Assembly (NCBI GenBank): GCA_029882975.1
Contig: JAOUJW010000003.1
Location: 67,090-131,089 of the forward strand
Direction of reading: 5' to 3'
Source: Gammaproteobacteria bacterium
Lineage (GTDB): Bacteria; Pseudomonadota; Gammaproteobacteria; SZUA-152
Length of the DNA: 64,000 nucleotides
The position numbers were made by a program, and so were the translations under genes. Each line of letters opens with the position of its first letter. Position 1 is the stretch's first letter. The notes under the pieces are model-generated. The model saw nothing but the letters and a program-made list of their open reading frames with translations, was not told the origin of the DNA and searched no databases. Positions 47,832-57,996 of this stretch are shown here, in pieces.

Positions 47832-47858
47832 TTATCGGATGCAAACGCCCGGGATTGA
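47832..47858 (-). promoter_or_regulatory. Candidate sigma28 promoter
   Basis: Minus strand reads TCAA-N15-TCCGATAA. Confidence 0.55.
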
Positions 47859-47892
47859 AGTGGGAAATGTTAAATATGCTTGAATCTTAAGC

Positions 47893-47921
47893 AAAAAGGG
47901 CGGACTGCGTCCGCCTTTCTT
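47893..47921 (-). terminator. Rho-independent terminator
   Basis: GGCGGAC-tgc-GTCCGCC flanked by A5 and TTTCTT. Confidence 0.7.
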
Positions 47922-47942
47922 GTTGAGGATTAAAAGAAGGGG

Positions 47943-49202
47943 CTATCGCAATTGATCTGCAACGATTCGATCTTTCTCGATACGGTCTTCAACTCGTGCA
48001 AAAGCCTGAGTGACGTATCGGTTGGGCTTTTTCAGCAAGGTCTCGGCATGACGATAATTGTCCAGAGCCAGTTCCATGTCATTTTTGACTTCAGCGCAAA
48101 CACCTAGGTTGTAGTAAATAGCAGCAGACTGGTTATACAACTGCTGGGCCCGGTGAAAATCATTGCAGGCACGGTCCAGATGGCCGCTTTTTGCAAAGCG
48201 TAAGGCGCTGTCAAAAATGGATTTTGCTTCTTTGTGGTCTTTGAGTTCACTGCCATCTTTATTTAACAATTGAATGGACATGGTGATTTCATAAGGTGCG
48301 ACGTCGTGCCGCATTTTCTCGATAGCGGTATCCATTGCCATCTTTGACAAATCAACGGGGTCTTTGGCCTGGTTGTTCTTTTCGTTATTGCAATAACTAT
48401 GGGTTTGATTAGCGCTATAGGTTTTGGCAAAGGTGATTTGATTGTTGTCAACATTGACAGCTTTAATGGCAAATTCAATCTCCGCACTTTGTTTGGTGCA
48501 GGGTATTTTATGTTTGACGTATTCCACACATTTTTTGGAGCTAATGCCGGGTGTTAAGGGATTGTTTTTTTGTTCGTACTTAACGCATTCGCTTTCTTCT
48601 TTTTCGTAGCGCTCATAGTTAACAAAAGGCCATTTGACCGCACCGGTTAAAATCGTATCTGCTCCCGATAATTGTCCCAATCGTACGGCGTCTTGTCGTT
48701 GAAACACATAGCTTGGAGGTGTGATCTCAGGCAGTGAAACCTCATTGCGTGCCCGGCGTCTTGGGGACTTTCTGGGACCGGTTTTTATTGGTTTGAGTCC
48801 CGGTGGTTTGGGGATGGCGTCAAACAAGGACAATATAGAGGCAATGTCGCCCGATTCGCCAAATTGGGCTGCTTCCTGCAGTAGGTGTTGAGGTACCGTA
48901 AAATTGTTGGCCACTATCGAATCCATCATGCCGGGGTCAATGACGGCAAAGTACGGCGAACCCTGGACTCGGATGTTGGTAAAAAACGCTTCCATTTTCG
49001 CCGTAAATATCCCTTTGCGATCACCATGAAAGTCGATAACGGCGAGTTTTTTTGAATTTTTCATCACATCGGCGTTGGCGGGCATAAGGACTCGTTGCTT
49101 CACTGTGGGACCGGCACAAGCCGAGGCAAGTAGGCATAGAATACAGAGGAAGTTCAGACGTGGATTCAAGCGGTGGTATATTTTCATGATATTGACTGTC
49201 AT
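47943..49202 (-). CDS. Lipoprotein with a CsgG/TolB_N-like domain and C-terminal TPR
   Basis: ASAC lipobox; LAVIDF; LGQLSGADTILTG; YYNLGVC.E TPR. Confidence 0.72.
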   Translation of the reverse strand: MTVNIMKIYHRLNPRLNFLCILCLLASACAGPTVKQRVLMPANADVMKNSKKLAVIDFHGDRKGIFTAKMEAFFTNIRVQGSPYFAVIDPGMMDSIVANNFTVPQHLLQEAAQFGESGDIASILSLFDAIPKPPGLKPIKTGPRKSPRRRARNEVSLPEITPPSYVFQRQDAVRLGQLSGADTILTGAVKWPFVNYERYEKEESECVKYEQKNNPLTPGISSKKCVEYVKHKIPCTKQSAEIEFAIKAVNVDNNQITFAKTYSANQTHSYCNNEKNNQAKDPVDLSKMAMDTAIEKMRHDVAPYEITMSIQLLNKDGSELKDHKEAKSIFDSALRFAKSGHLDRACNDFHRAQQLYNQSAAIYYNLGVCAEVKNDMELALDNYRHAETLLKKPNRYVTQAFARVEDRIEKDRIVADQLR

Positions 49203-49355
49203 GGAGAAGCTCCGTAGGTCGTTGGTTTTCTTTGTAATGAGGTTAATAATAGGTGATTCGTTGGATTATTCCAGAATTAAACAGGGTAGGAGTTGCGCTA
49301 CGCGTCGCAACCTGGACGGTGAGCCGCAGTTATACAGGGAATCAGGTCTTGGTGA

Positions 49356-50744
49356 CTACAAAGTCGTTTTTTTGGCTATGCGCACCAGCTGCGCCAGTTC
49401 TGCTTCGATATGCTTGCGTTTGGCTTCCAGATAACGCCTGAGTTTACGCTTGCGGACAAATAGGGCGAACACCCGCAGGTTTTCCCAAATACGGCGTCGT
49501 TCTTTACGATAAAACAGCGCCAGGGCTGCACTGATAGGCAGGCTGGCGGCATAGAGCAATGCCGCCCCGATTTCATAATAATAGAATACAAGTGCGGTTT
49601 GAGTGCCCCAAAATATCCAGAAAAAGAATAATCCCAGGACCATTTTCGCAGTGTCGTATTGGTCGCGACCTTTCGATACGGCGCGGGCAATGGCCCGTGT
49701 TAATATAAACGGGGCAATAGAGTTCAGAATACCCCAGGCGGCCAAGGGCAAAACCAAGACAATAACCGCGATGCTGCGTAGAATGAAGCGACTCACGTTG
49801 CCCAGCCGGTAGTCAAAGGTCAGTGTATAGTCGCGGATTCCCCAATGTTGGCATAGGCGCTCAAATTGCGCCAGTTGGCGTTTGAGCTGTACCACTTTGT
49901 TGGGACAATGCTCCCGCAAGTGTTCTTGTGCTTGAGCGATTTTTTTCAACGCCTTGAATCGCAACTCCATACTTCGACGTCTGTACTTGCCGTGGCGCAT
50001 GGCAAAAAAACGCTCCAACCACTGGATAAATTCAAAGTCACCTTCGCTGTCTGCATTGAGGGTGACCGCTTCCAGTTCGGTTTGAATTTTGTGGGTAAAT
50101 AACCGAATCCGTTCCGGGTCTGGGCCGATGCGGTCCAGTTCCTGTTGGGCGGCCAAGGGTGGGTTGATTTTGATGAGTACACGGCTGCGAAAACGACCTT
50201 TATCGGAAAAATTCAAACCGATGGGGACAATGAGGGGTTCGATGTTGCGCTGTAAAGCGCCTTCAGCCAGACGGGCTATGCCGGTTTTCAAGGTTCTCAG
50301 TTTGGGATCTGAATGGCTTTGCCCCTCAGGAAAGATTAATAGCCACTCGCCAATCTCCAGCATGTCATGACAGCGAGCGAACATATCCAGATTGTGGTTC
50401 ATGTCGCCTTCGCCGTCCTGTTGTCGGTATACAGGAACGGCCTGAATCAAATTGAGAACCGGTTTCAATACAGGATTTTTAAACAGACCGCTACGGGCAA
50501 TGGGGTGTACAGTTTTCGTGGTTATCGTTTGTACTATCAGAGCATCCGCCAGGGCATTGGCGTGGTTTGCACATAGGATCACGGCACCACTTTGGGGTAA
50601 GTTTTCCAGACCGGAAATCTCCAGTTCGCGGTAGAAAACGTTCACCATAACGCGGCAAAAACCTCGCCACATTTTTTGAAAAATTCCGTTTTTGGCTTGG
50701 ATGCTTGGCGCTAATGTCGTATTTGTACAGGGTGTAGATGCCAT
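49356..50744 (-). CDS. Glycerolipid acyltransferase (PlsC superfamily) with C-terminal TM segments
   Basis: NHANALAD, PVYR, FPEG.SH and KTG.AR. Confidence 0.88.
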   Translation of the reverse strand: MASTPCTNTTLAPSIQAKNGIFQKMWRGFCRVMVNVFYRELEISGLENLPQSGAVILCANHANALADALIVQTITTKTVHPIARSGLFKNPVLKPVLNLIQAVPVYRQQDGEGDMNHNLDMFARCHDMLEIGEWLLIFPEGQSHSDPKLRTLKTGIARLAEGALQRNIEPLIVPIGLNFSDKGRFRSRVLIKINPPLAAQQELDRIGPDPERIRLFTHKIQTELEAVTLNADSEGDFEFIQWLERFFAMRHGKYRRRSMELRFKALKKIAQAQEHLREHCPNKVVQLKRQLAQFERLCQHWGIRDYTLTFDYRLGNVSRFILRSIAVIVLVLPLAAWGILNSIAPFILTRAIARAVSKGRDQYDTAKMVLGLFFFWIFWGTQTALVFYYYEIGAALLYAASLPISAALALFYRKERRRIWENLRVFALFVRKRKLRRYLEAKRKHIEAELAQLVRIAKKTTL

Positions 50745-50832
50745 CTTGCTTACTCAATCACAAACCACAGGTCATTGTAAGCTTCAATGCAAAAAAGTAA
50801 AGCATCCGGGATTGTGGGCTCAGCCGCGGCCC

Positions 50833-53361
50833 CTAATTGACGTTGATAATCGAAGAGGATTCTGCCAAAGCCCAGTTAACAAAAATGGGTTCCGGCAGAC
50901 CGAATTTATGGCCTTGAGCGAAATCTACGCCCATGGCCGCCAGTTTGTTGGAGGTTTTCTCGTTTTCTACACACTCAGCAATGGTTTTCATGCCCAACAA
51001 ATGCCCAATGTGGTTAACGGATTTAATGATTTCGCAGTTGACGGGGTTGTCTGTTAGATTGCTGACGAATTCTCCGTCTATTTTTAAATAGTCCACGGGC
51101 AGGTTGCTAAGGTAAGAGTAGGAACTCAGGCCTTTGCCAAAATCATCCAGAGCAAACTTAAATCCCAGTTGTTTGAGTTCTTTGATGAGCTTGGCGGCTT
51201 TTTCCAGATTTTCGATGGCAGCCGTCTCCGTGATTTCAAAGCAGACATTATCCGGGATCACGGGTGTACGTCGCAGTTCCTTGGTTATATATTCCAGTAA
51301 AGTACCGCTGTTCAGCGAAGTGCCGGACAGGTTGATGGCGTAACGATCGTTGCTGGAGAACTGAAAACACTGTTCAAATGCAGTTCGGATCACCCAGCGA
51401 TCCAGTATAGGCATGATATTGTATCGTTCGGCAGCGGGTATGAAGCTGCTGGGTAATATCAGTTCGTCTGTGTCATCACGCAGACGGATAAGTAACTCAT
51501 AATGGCGTTGGGTATTGCTCAATTGGTTCCGTAGTGGCACCACTGCTTGTCGATATAGGACAAAACGCCCTTCTTTGAATGCTTGGGTGAGTCGGGACAC
51601 CCACTGCATTTCACCGTGCTTGCGCATGAGTTCCTTGTCTTTATTGTGAAACACATGGAAGCGGTTACGCCCCATGTCTTTTGCTACGTAGCAGGCCATG
51701 TCGGCGGCGCTGAGCAAACTGACTATGCTCTCGGTTCCCTTGTGAATCTGCACTATGCCGATGCTGGTGCCCAGCTGGAAGCTAATGCCTTGCCAATTAA
51801 AACGAAAGTTTTTGAATTCATACAGCAGTTCCTTGGCGAAATTCAAGGCATAGTCCAGGTTGGAATTTTCCAGCAATATGCCGAACTCATCGCCCCCGAG
51901 CCGAGCCAAGGTATCCACATTGCGTAATTTTTGCTGCAACAGCGAAGTGACTTTGATTAAAAGGTGGTCGCCGGCATCGTGACCGCAGGTGTCATTGACG
52001 ATTTTAAACTGGTCCAAATCCAGGTAAAACAGGGAATGATGGCGGCCGTTGCGCTTGGCGCTGCTGATCGCGTATTTGAGTTTACGGTCAAACGCACGTC
52101 GATTAATCACTCCGGTGAGGGCATCGTGACTGGCTTGAAATGCCAATTTGCGGCTTAGATCGCGGGTACGGCTGACGTCACGAAACACAATAATGGCACC
52201 CAATAATTGTTCGTCACTACCTCGAATAGGTGCCACGCTTTCTTCAATTGGAGTGGTTTTGCCATCTCGACTGATGAGTATGCTGGATTCTGTGCTGCTG
52301 ACTTGGCGATTTTCGCTGATGCATTGGTCCACCAAGCCCTCAATTGGGGTCTTGGTTTGCTCGTCTTGAATTTTGAAAATATTGTTGAGTTTTTCTTGCT
52401 GTGCTTCTGCTGTGGTCCAGCCCGTGAGTTCTTCGGCAATGGGGTTTAAAAAACGGACATTACCAAAGGCGTCAGTGGTGATGACTCCGTCGCCGATGGA
52501 TTGCAGGGTAACCAATGCCCGATCTTTTTCTTCGTTTAGTTCCTGGCTATTGCGTTTGAGTTTGAATAACACCAGGACAGTGTACGTGAGCAAGGCAAGG
52601 GATAACACGTAGAGTAAAATCCGGCTGGCATTGGTGTCCGCGAGCCTTGCTTCGTGACGATCCAAATGGATTTGCTGCATGGATTTGGTGATATCCGCGA
52701 TGGGTAATTGCAGCATGTTATTAATGATGTTGCCTACCTCGGTTTGTTTTTCGCTGATAAATTCTATGTGTCGCACGACTTTGTTAATGTAAGGGGCGGT
52801 GGTTTTTGGCTTGTTGACTTGCCAGGTGGCGATCGCGTCCAATTCTGTATTTATGTCTGCTGCTAAAGTGCCGGAAAGTTGGCTGTTGAGTAAGGTGACG
52901 TGGGCTAATTTGTCCAGACGGCTACTGATTTTTTGGTAACCTCTTAAGAATCGCAAATGCGGTTTGGTGTTTTCCATTAGCGTAGGAAGACTGATCAAAG
53001 CGTTTTTCAACAAAGCATTGGCTGACTTGAATTGTTCCAAAAGTTGGATTTTTTTCATCAGGTTTTGGCTTAGAGCCCGGCTCATGGGGGCCAGAGAATC
53101 GGAAACCTGCTCAAGGGACTTGGCGTGGGTGCGCAGATCGGTAGCTATTTGTGACACTTTGTCATAATCGGAGTAGGCCGCAAAGCGGATCTTGAGCACT
53201 TCCTGGTTGATCTGCGAATCCTTGAGCTGGATATTGCGCAAATTTCCCAGAGAATGTTCATGCTGCTCCCAGTCCACCGTCTGCCGACTGATATAGACCG
53301 CGCTGACAGTCAGTATCAATGCCGAAAACGCAAGTATGACTCGTGAAAACGGTAATTTCAC
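50833..53361 (-). CDS. DAHL-like sensor + PAS + GGDEF + EAL protein
   Basis: Periplasmic helical domain (YD..., LEQFKS.NA.LKN.L); PAS; RLGGDEF; YELLIR; DDFG. GTG start overlaps the upstream TGA. Confidence 0.9.
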   Translation of the reverse strand: MKLPFSRVILAFSALILTVSAVYISRQTVDWEQHEHSLGNLRNIQLKDSQINQEVLKIRFAAYSDYDKVSQIATDLRTHAKSLEQVSDSLAPMSRALSQNLMKKIQLLEQFKSANALLKNALISLPTLMENTKPHLRFLRGYQKISSRLDKLAHVTLLNSQLSGTLAADINTELDAIATWQVNKPKTTAPYINKVVRHIEFISEKQTEVGNIINNMLQLPIADITKSMQQIHLDRHEARLADTNASRILLYVLSLALLTYTVLVLFKLKRNSQELNEEKDRALVTLQSIGDGVITTDAFGNVRFLNPIAEELTGWTTAEAQQEKLNNIFKIQDEQTKTPIEGLVDQCISENRQVSSTESSILISRDGKTTPIEESVAPIRGSDEQLLGAIIVFRDVSRTRDLSRKLAFQASHDALTGVINRRAFDRKLKYAISSAKRNGRHHSLFYLDLDQFKIVNDTCGHDAGDHLLIKVTSLLQQKLRNVDTLARLGGDEFGILLENSNLDYALNFAKELLYEFKNFRFNWQGISFQLGTSIGIVQIHKGTESIVSLLSAADMACYVAKDMGRNRFHVFHNKDKELMRKHGEMQWVSRLTQAFKEGRFVLYRQAVVPLRNQLSNTQRHYELLIRLRDDTDELILPSSFIPAAERYNIMPILDRWVIRTAFEQCFQFSSNDRYAINLSGTSLNSGTLLEYITKELRRTPVIPDNVCFEITETAAIENLEKAAKLIKELKQLGFKFALDDFGKGLSSYSYLSNLPVDYLKIDGEFVSNLTDNPVNCEIIKSVNHIGHLLGMKTIAECVENEKTSNKLAAMGVDFAQGHKFGLPEPIFVNWALAESSSIINVN

Positions 53362-54359
53362 AGCATTTGTCCGTTGTACTCCCCAGTGAGGGATTTTAGG
53401 AAACGTATAATCAAGTCCGTGTCCTGTTTTGGTATTGAGAGCCCCGGTGCTTGTCTCGACATGTGGTTTACCGCTCCTTCCAAGGTGGCTGCTGAGCCAT
53501 CGTGTAGATAGGGGGCGGTTAGGGCCACATTGCGCAGGCTGGGAACTCGAATTTTGTTATTTTTGCCCGAATTTCGATCCGTAAGGGTATTACCCAACGC
53601 CGGCGAAAATTTGTCAAGTGTAATTTCGGCCAGGGGAAGGGTCAGATTGCCACCCACATTAATACCTTGGTGGCAGACAATGCAACCGTGTTGTTTGAAT
53701 AGCCGGTATCCTGTTTTTTGTTTTTCATCAATGGCCTTGGGTTTTCCTCTAAGGTATTGATCAAAGGGAGAATTTGGCGTGCTGAGTGAGGCTACGTAAT
53801 AACTCAGGGCATCTTTGATGTTGGTGGCGGTAATACCATCACTATATAGAAGGTTAAATTTTCTCTCATAGCTGGGAATGTGGGCTAAGCGAGATGCCAG
53901 AATTTGCCAGGAATCGTTGAGTTCCAATAGAGCGTCATCCAATTGCTCGTCCAGGCTTTCGAACAATCCGTTCCAATAATAGCTGTCGTTGAATTTAACG
54001 TTAAAAATAGTGGGGGTATTGACCTCCTTACTTCTGGGCTCTTCGGGGTTAAGGGGGCGTGAGGTGGTTTTGCCATCACTACCTCCTTTGCTTAAGTCGT
54101 GGCAACTGCTGCAGGATTTACGCTCGTGACGGTCCAGTTGTTTTTCATGAAACAGAGATTCTCCCAGACTAAACTTTCGCCTGTCGATGTCTATTACCGG
54201 AATGGGTTGAACAGGTTCGTTAAGCAGCAACACGTCATGGTCATGTGCTGTAGCATTCTTGTACAGGGATAACATAATAACGGATGCGCAGACAGCAACC
54301 AGTGCGCAATAGGGCAAACTGCATTGACTCAATCCATGCATTATAGTCTTGGACCGCAT
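53358..54359 (-). CDS. Diheme cytochrome c peroxidase/MauG-family protein
   Basis: EPVQPIP, CSSCH, NTPT, WNG, CIVCH, VPSLRNV..TAPYLHDG; start uncertain. Confidence 0.88.
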   Translation of the reverse strand: MRSKTIMHGLSQCSLPYCALVAVCASVIMLSLYKNATAHDHDVLLLNEPVQPIPVIDIDRRKFSLGESLFHEKQLDRHERKSCSSCHDLSKGGSDGKTTSRPLNPEEPRSKEVNTPTIFNVKFNDSYYWNGLFESLDEQLDDALLELNDSWQILASRLAHIPSYERKFNLLYSDGITATNIKDALSYYVASLSTPNSPFDQYLRGKPKAIDEKQKTGYRLFKQHGCIVCHQGINVGGNLTLPLAEITLDKFSPALGNTLTDRNSGKNNKIRVPSLRNVALTAPYLHDGSAATLEGAVNHMSRQAPGLSIPKQDTDLIIRFLKSLTGEYNGQML

Positions 54360-54924
54360 TCTCTGTATCCCCCGCCGAGAATGAGTTGGGAGCTGTGTTA
54401 CAAGCGGCCTGAATAAAGGCCTTATCCTGTCCGGCTTCGTATTGGAATTGCTGAGCAATCTATGTAGGTATACTAATCCTTTTGGTCCCGAAATTCAAAA
54501 ATCCGTTTTCAGTGAGTGTTTCTTGTTCAAAAAGGTTGTATCTCTGTTTCGACTATTGCAGTGGTCAGGAAAGCAGCAACTGCTTAGTTTTGTTAAGTTA
54601 TGATTACCCTTGGATTGCCTAGCAACTGATCAGGTTAGGTAATATTACATATTCACATTTATAAGGTATTCGTTTTAGAATGAGTTGTGATGTCGGCAGG
54701 GCTGCCAAAGCAGGGAACTCCTGTGTTGTGTATCAAATGCAAGGATGTGTTTTTTCTTCTTTGTTGGATTCCGGTCGAACCCCTGTGTGACGTACGCATT
54801 TTTTGTGTAATACAGCACTATTTGTACAGCAATGGAAATGCTACGGTTTAGAATCTTTATTAGTGTGGCTGATTGGGTATTCTAAGCCGGCGCTTGGCGT
54901 TTCAAAAACAATCATAATAGGAGG

Positions 54925-55497
54925 ATGCAAATGAAATATAAAGGAGTATTGTTAAGTTCTGTATTGTTGGGGGCTGCCATGTTTTCGTTTGGTGCGGTTG
55001 CGGGTGAGGACTGTCCGGTGGGATTGGTCAGTGGAATGACATTAGATGACGAATTTGGTCCAGGCACACAGGCACTCACCCGGTGTTTACAAAAAACGAA
55101 AAAGGTAAAAGTGGTGTACCAGATACATAACACCTGTAAAGATTCAGGGTGCACCGCACCCTACGCTCTGGGGAATATCAAAAATGCTATTAAGGACTAT
55201 GAAATCACCCATGGCCTGGATAAGGACGACTATCAAATTGTGGCAATTGTGCACAGTGGTGGAACGGGTTTGGTCTTGAATAATAATGCGGCTAACCCCA
55301 ACGCCATTTCGAATCCTTTTCAGAAGGCTATGGAAGATGTCATCGGTCTGGGCGTAAAAGTCTATTATTGCCAAAACACAGCGCGTAAGAAAGGCGTAAA
55401 AACAGATCAGCTCATTGAGGGTGTGGGTTATGTGACTGCAGGTGTCACCGCTATCGCCGACCTTCAATTGAAAGGGTTCGCTTACGTTCAGCCATAA
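54925..55497 (+). CDS. Exported DsrE-family protein
   Basis: AGGAGG RBS; signal peptide; IVH..G, YCQNT and V.AGV..I..LQ..G..Y motifs. Confidence 0.8.
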   Translation: MQMKYKGVLLSSVLLGAAMFSFGAVAGEDCPVGLVSGMTLDDEFGPGTQALTRCLQKTKKVKVVYQIHNTCKDSGCTAPYALGNIKNAIKDYEITHGLDKDDYQIVAIVHSGGTGLVLNNNAANPNAISNPFQKAMEDVIGLGVKVYYCQNTARKKGVKTDQLIEGVGYVTAGVTAIADLQLKGFAYVQP

Positions 55498-55591
55498 CAA
55501 AGCATTAGTGATGGTGATGGGGCTGCCGCCAAAGTGGCGGTCCTATCTTTAAATTCGGTGTGTCATTCCCCCATAAACCCATGGACGCTCA

Positions 55592-56104
55592 TTAAGGTAG
55601 GGTGTGTATGCTGCCGGCAGCTGTATCCAATCTCAGATTGTGTTCGCTGGCATACGCGTAAAGTTTCTTTTTCAATTGTTCTATTTTTGTGTTTTTCAGT
55701 AAGTGCATGCCGTTTTCTACGGCTGTTAAGGCTACGAGGCGGTTTAAGTCCAGGGGTTTGTCGCACGCGATGACCCACAGGGTTTCTTTCCCGTAGGGCG
55801 GCCCAACACTAAATTCAAAACCCGCATCCGCAGCCGGGACACTGATAAACTGAGCCGCTTTGTAGAAGGTTTCTGCTTGCTGTTGGTTGGGCAGGACCAG
55901 GGTCAGGTCACCGGCAGCGTCCTCATAAATTACGTGTAAATAAGCATCTTGATGCAAACTCACTAAAAAGGCAATGGTGTCGCCTTGGCGGAAAGTTTGC
56001 CGGTCGCCCAGATGGGTGGTAACACTCAGTTTGAACTCGGCACTTGCGCCCGTGTGGCTGTTCAACACCAGAGAGATAAGCAAGATGCGCCAAAACGGTT
56101 TCAT
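55592..56104 (-). CDS. DUF4384 domain exported protein
   Basis: Signal peptide; F..GD.I.F, DAYL.V.Y.D..G.L..V.PN and F.V.PP.G.E.L.VIA. Confidence 0.82.
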   Translation of the reverse strand: MKPFWRILLISLVLNSHTGASAEFKLSVTTHLGDRQTFRQGDTIAFLVSLHQDAYLHVIYEDAAGDLTLVLPNQQQAETFYKAAQFISVPAADAGFEFSVGPPYGKETLWVIACDKPLDLNRLVALTAVENGMHLLKNTKIEQLKKKLYAYASEHNLRLDTAAGSIHTLP

Positions 56105-56198
56105 TGGGTGTCGTTTAATTTTGTTTCCGTTCAACTTGTGAGTGCTTGTGTATTCGTGTAACCCCTAATGAGGTGGCTATACATGGGGGCAAGCAAAA

Positions 56199-56927
56199 TT
56201 AACGTAACCATAGACTGTGGTTGTAGCCGATAAAGAAACTGTTCAAGTTGTGTTTTTGAGAATCTCCGTTGTCGAACTCGTAGTGCTGTCGCTGGCGTTT
56301 GAAGCCAAAGCTCAAGCGGTTACGAGAGCTCAAGTTGACTGCGCCGCCCAGTTCAATGGCGTTGACACGGCCTTGCCCAACATCGGTTCCGTCCGTTTGC
56401 ACATTAAGAGGTACACTGCCTGCGGAACCGTAAAATATAAAATGCTTGCCGACAGGGACGTAACCGGATACTCCCAAACCCAGGCCGCTGGCCTGCATTT
56501 TGACAATTGGGTCTTCGTCTGTCCATTCATTGCTAATGGACTTGAGATCAGCAAAAATCGAAATATTTTTTACCACATAATAACCCAATACCAAGTCCAG
56601 CTCGTTGTGTTTGATGTTTTCATTCGCAGTGGCGGCAATAGTTGAGCCGTTTGCTAAAATGCGTTCCGGGGATCCGGTTTTAAATTGGTGGTTACCGCCT
56701 TGTAAATTAAAGCCAAAGTAAAATTGATCCCGTTGCAACATTAGATTGAGGCCGACGTGCCCGGAACGTTGTGCAAAACTGGTGTCGCTGTTTGTATTGT
56801 TGCCTGTCCAGTTGCTTGTCGCAAGTTTGGCGCCGAACGATAGGCTGACATCGGCGGCATAAACGCTGTTGACACCGAATGCAGTGATCAAGGCTATTAG
56901 GATGAGTAGTGTTGGTTTCATTTTCAT
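56199..56927 (-). CDS. Putative outer-membrane beta-barrel protein
   Basis: Signal peptide (VYA); alternating amphipathic strands; ends in FIGYNHSLWLR. Confidence 0.65.
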   Translation of the reverse strand: MKMKPTLLILIALITAFGVNSVYAADVSLSFGAKLATSNWTGNNTNSDTSFAQRSGHVGLNLMLQRDQFYFGFNLQGGNHQFKTGSPERILANGSTIAATANENIKHNELDLVLGYYVVKNISIFADLKSISNEWTDEDPIVKMQASGLGLGVSGYVPVGKHFIFYGSAGSVPLNVQTDGTDVGQGRVNAIELGGAVNLSSRNRLSFGFKRQRQHYEFDNGDSQKHNLNSFFIGYNHSLWLR

Positions 56928-56947
56928 GCTGGTTTACCGCGTTGAGA

Positions 56948-57988
56948 TTACAGGGTGGGAAGAGGTGTTACAAATCTGGGATTCAAAACTTTTTTGGGTT
57001 GGTTCGCTTTTGCGCTTGCTTTGCTGTCCGCTGAGGCATTGGTGGCAGCTGCGGTGGCGTTGTCGGCCTTGCCCTGCTCCACTTCCACCTGCACTTTCAC
57101 TTTGTCTGCGGGTACGCCGTCTACTTGGAGTTTCAGTTTAATAAATATAAATTCGCCCAGTTCATCACCGGCTCCTTGAAGTACGCCGCTTTCCGGAACC
57201 TGATCGACATTGTTGGCCACGGCTTTTTGAACATTGGCAGACAGCTCTGACACCGTCAGCATAGGCTTATCGTTGTTTTTTAACTCACTTAAGAGAAAAT
57301 ATGTAAAGGGAGAATGGCCGGACTGTTTATAATCGTCATCAACGTACTCGGCGCCTCCTGCCGCCATGATTTGCACGCTCTTCTTTTGCGCCACTTTTTG
57401 GTAAAACAATTCCGCGTTGTTTTCGGGGGGCAATCCGCGGGTGCCGGCGCGCAGCAAGGTGCCGCTGAAGCAGGAATCGGATATGAGTAAAGAGTGTTTA
57501 GCTCGTGATGCAATGGTGGTCATTTCATCACGGATGGTTGAGTTTCTTAAGAAAGTAGTGTGGTCCAGCCCCATTGCATCCGAGGGTATCCAATAGCCTT
57601 TATTGGTTTCCAGATCCATAAAGCCATGTCCGGCATAGTAAAGCAATACATTGTCATTAGGCAGTACACGTTGGGATAATTCCTGCAGTGCCAGCAGAAT
57701 GTCGCGCCTTCCGGCGTTTTCCAGCATTTTAACGTCGGTGAAACCGTAATGCTCTTCCAATAAGGTCTTGATGGTTCGGGCATCGGATACCGCCGTTTTC
57801 AATGATGGCCACTTTTTGTCGTTATAACGGTTGTTTCCTATGATTAATGCTCTATAGACACCTTGCTGTGCTTGTGGATCTACAGCAGGTGTTTTTTGCG
57901 TCATTGTGATGCCCCGGTTTTGTGCGGCCAGTGGCAAACTCAAGCAAAGGGTGAGTCCCAGGCATAACGCTTTAGCCGATTGATTCAT
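56948..57988 (-). CDS. Exported caspase-family protease (peptidase C14)
   Basis: Signal peptide; ALIIGN..Y, L.TA..DA, YYAGHG (catalytic His), SDSCFSG (catalytic Cys) and GHSPFT. Alternative start 58000 overlaps the upstream stop. Confidence 0.92.
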   Translation of the reverse strand: MNQSAKALCLGLTLCLSLPLAAQNRGITMTQKTPAVDPQAQQGVYRALIIGNNRYNDKKWPSLKTAVSDARTIKTLLEEHYGFTDVKMLENAGRRDILLALQELSQRVLPNDNVLLYYAGHGFMDLETNKGYWIPSDAMGLDHTTFLRNSTIRDEMTTIASRAKHSLLISDSCFSGTLLRAGTRGLPPENNAELFYQKVAQKKSVQIMAAGGAEYVDDDYKQSGHSPFTYFLLSELKNNDKPMLTVSELSANVQKAVANNVDQVPESGVLQGAGDELGEFIFIKLKLQVDGVPADKVKVQVEVEQGKADNATAAATNASADSKASAKANQPKKVLNPRFVTPLPTL

Positions 57989-57996
57989 GTGTAACC

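Noticed and set aside
54494..54519. Near-match to the ECF motif (TTCAAAA-N15-GTGT)
   Set aside because: Mismatch in the -10 element and about 400 nt from the next same-strand gene; could be chance.
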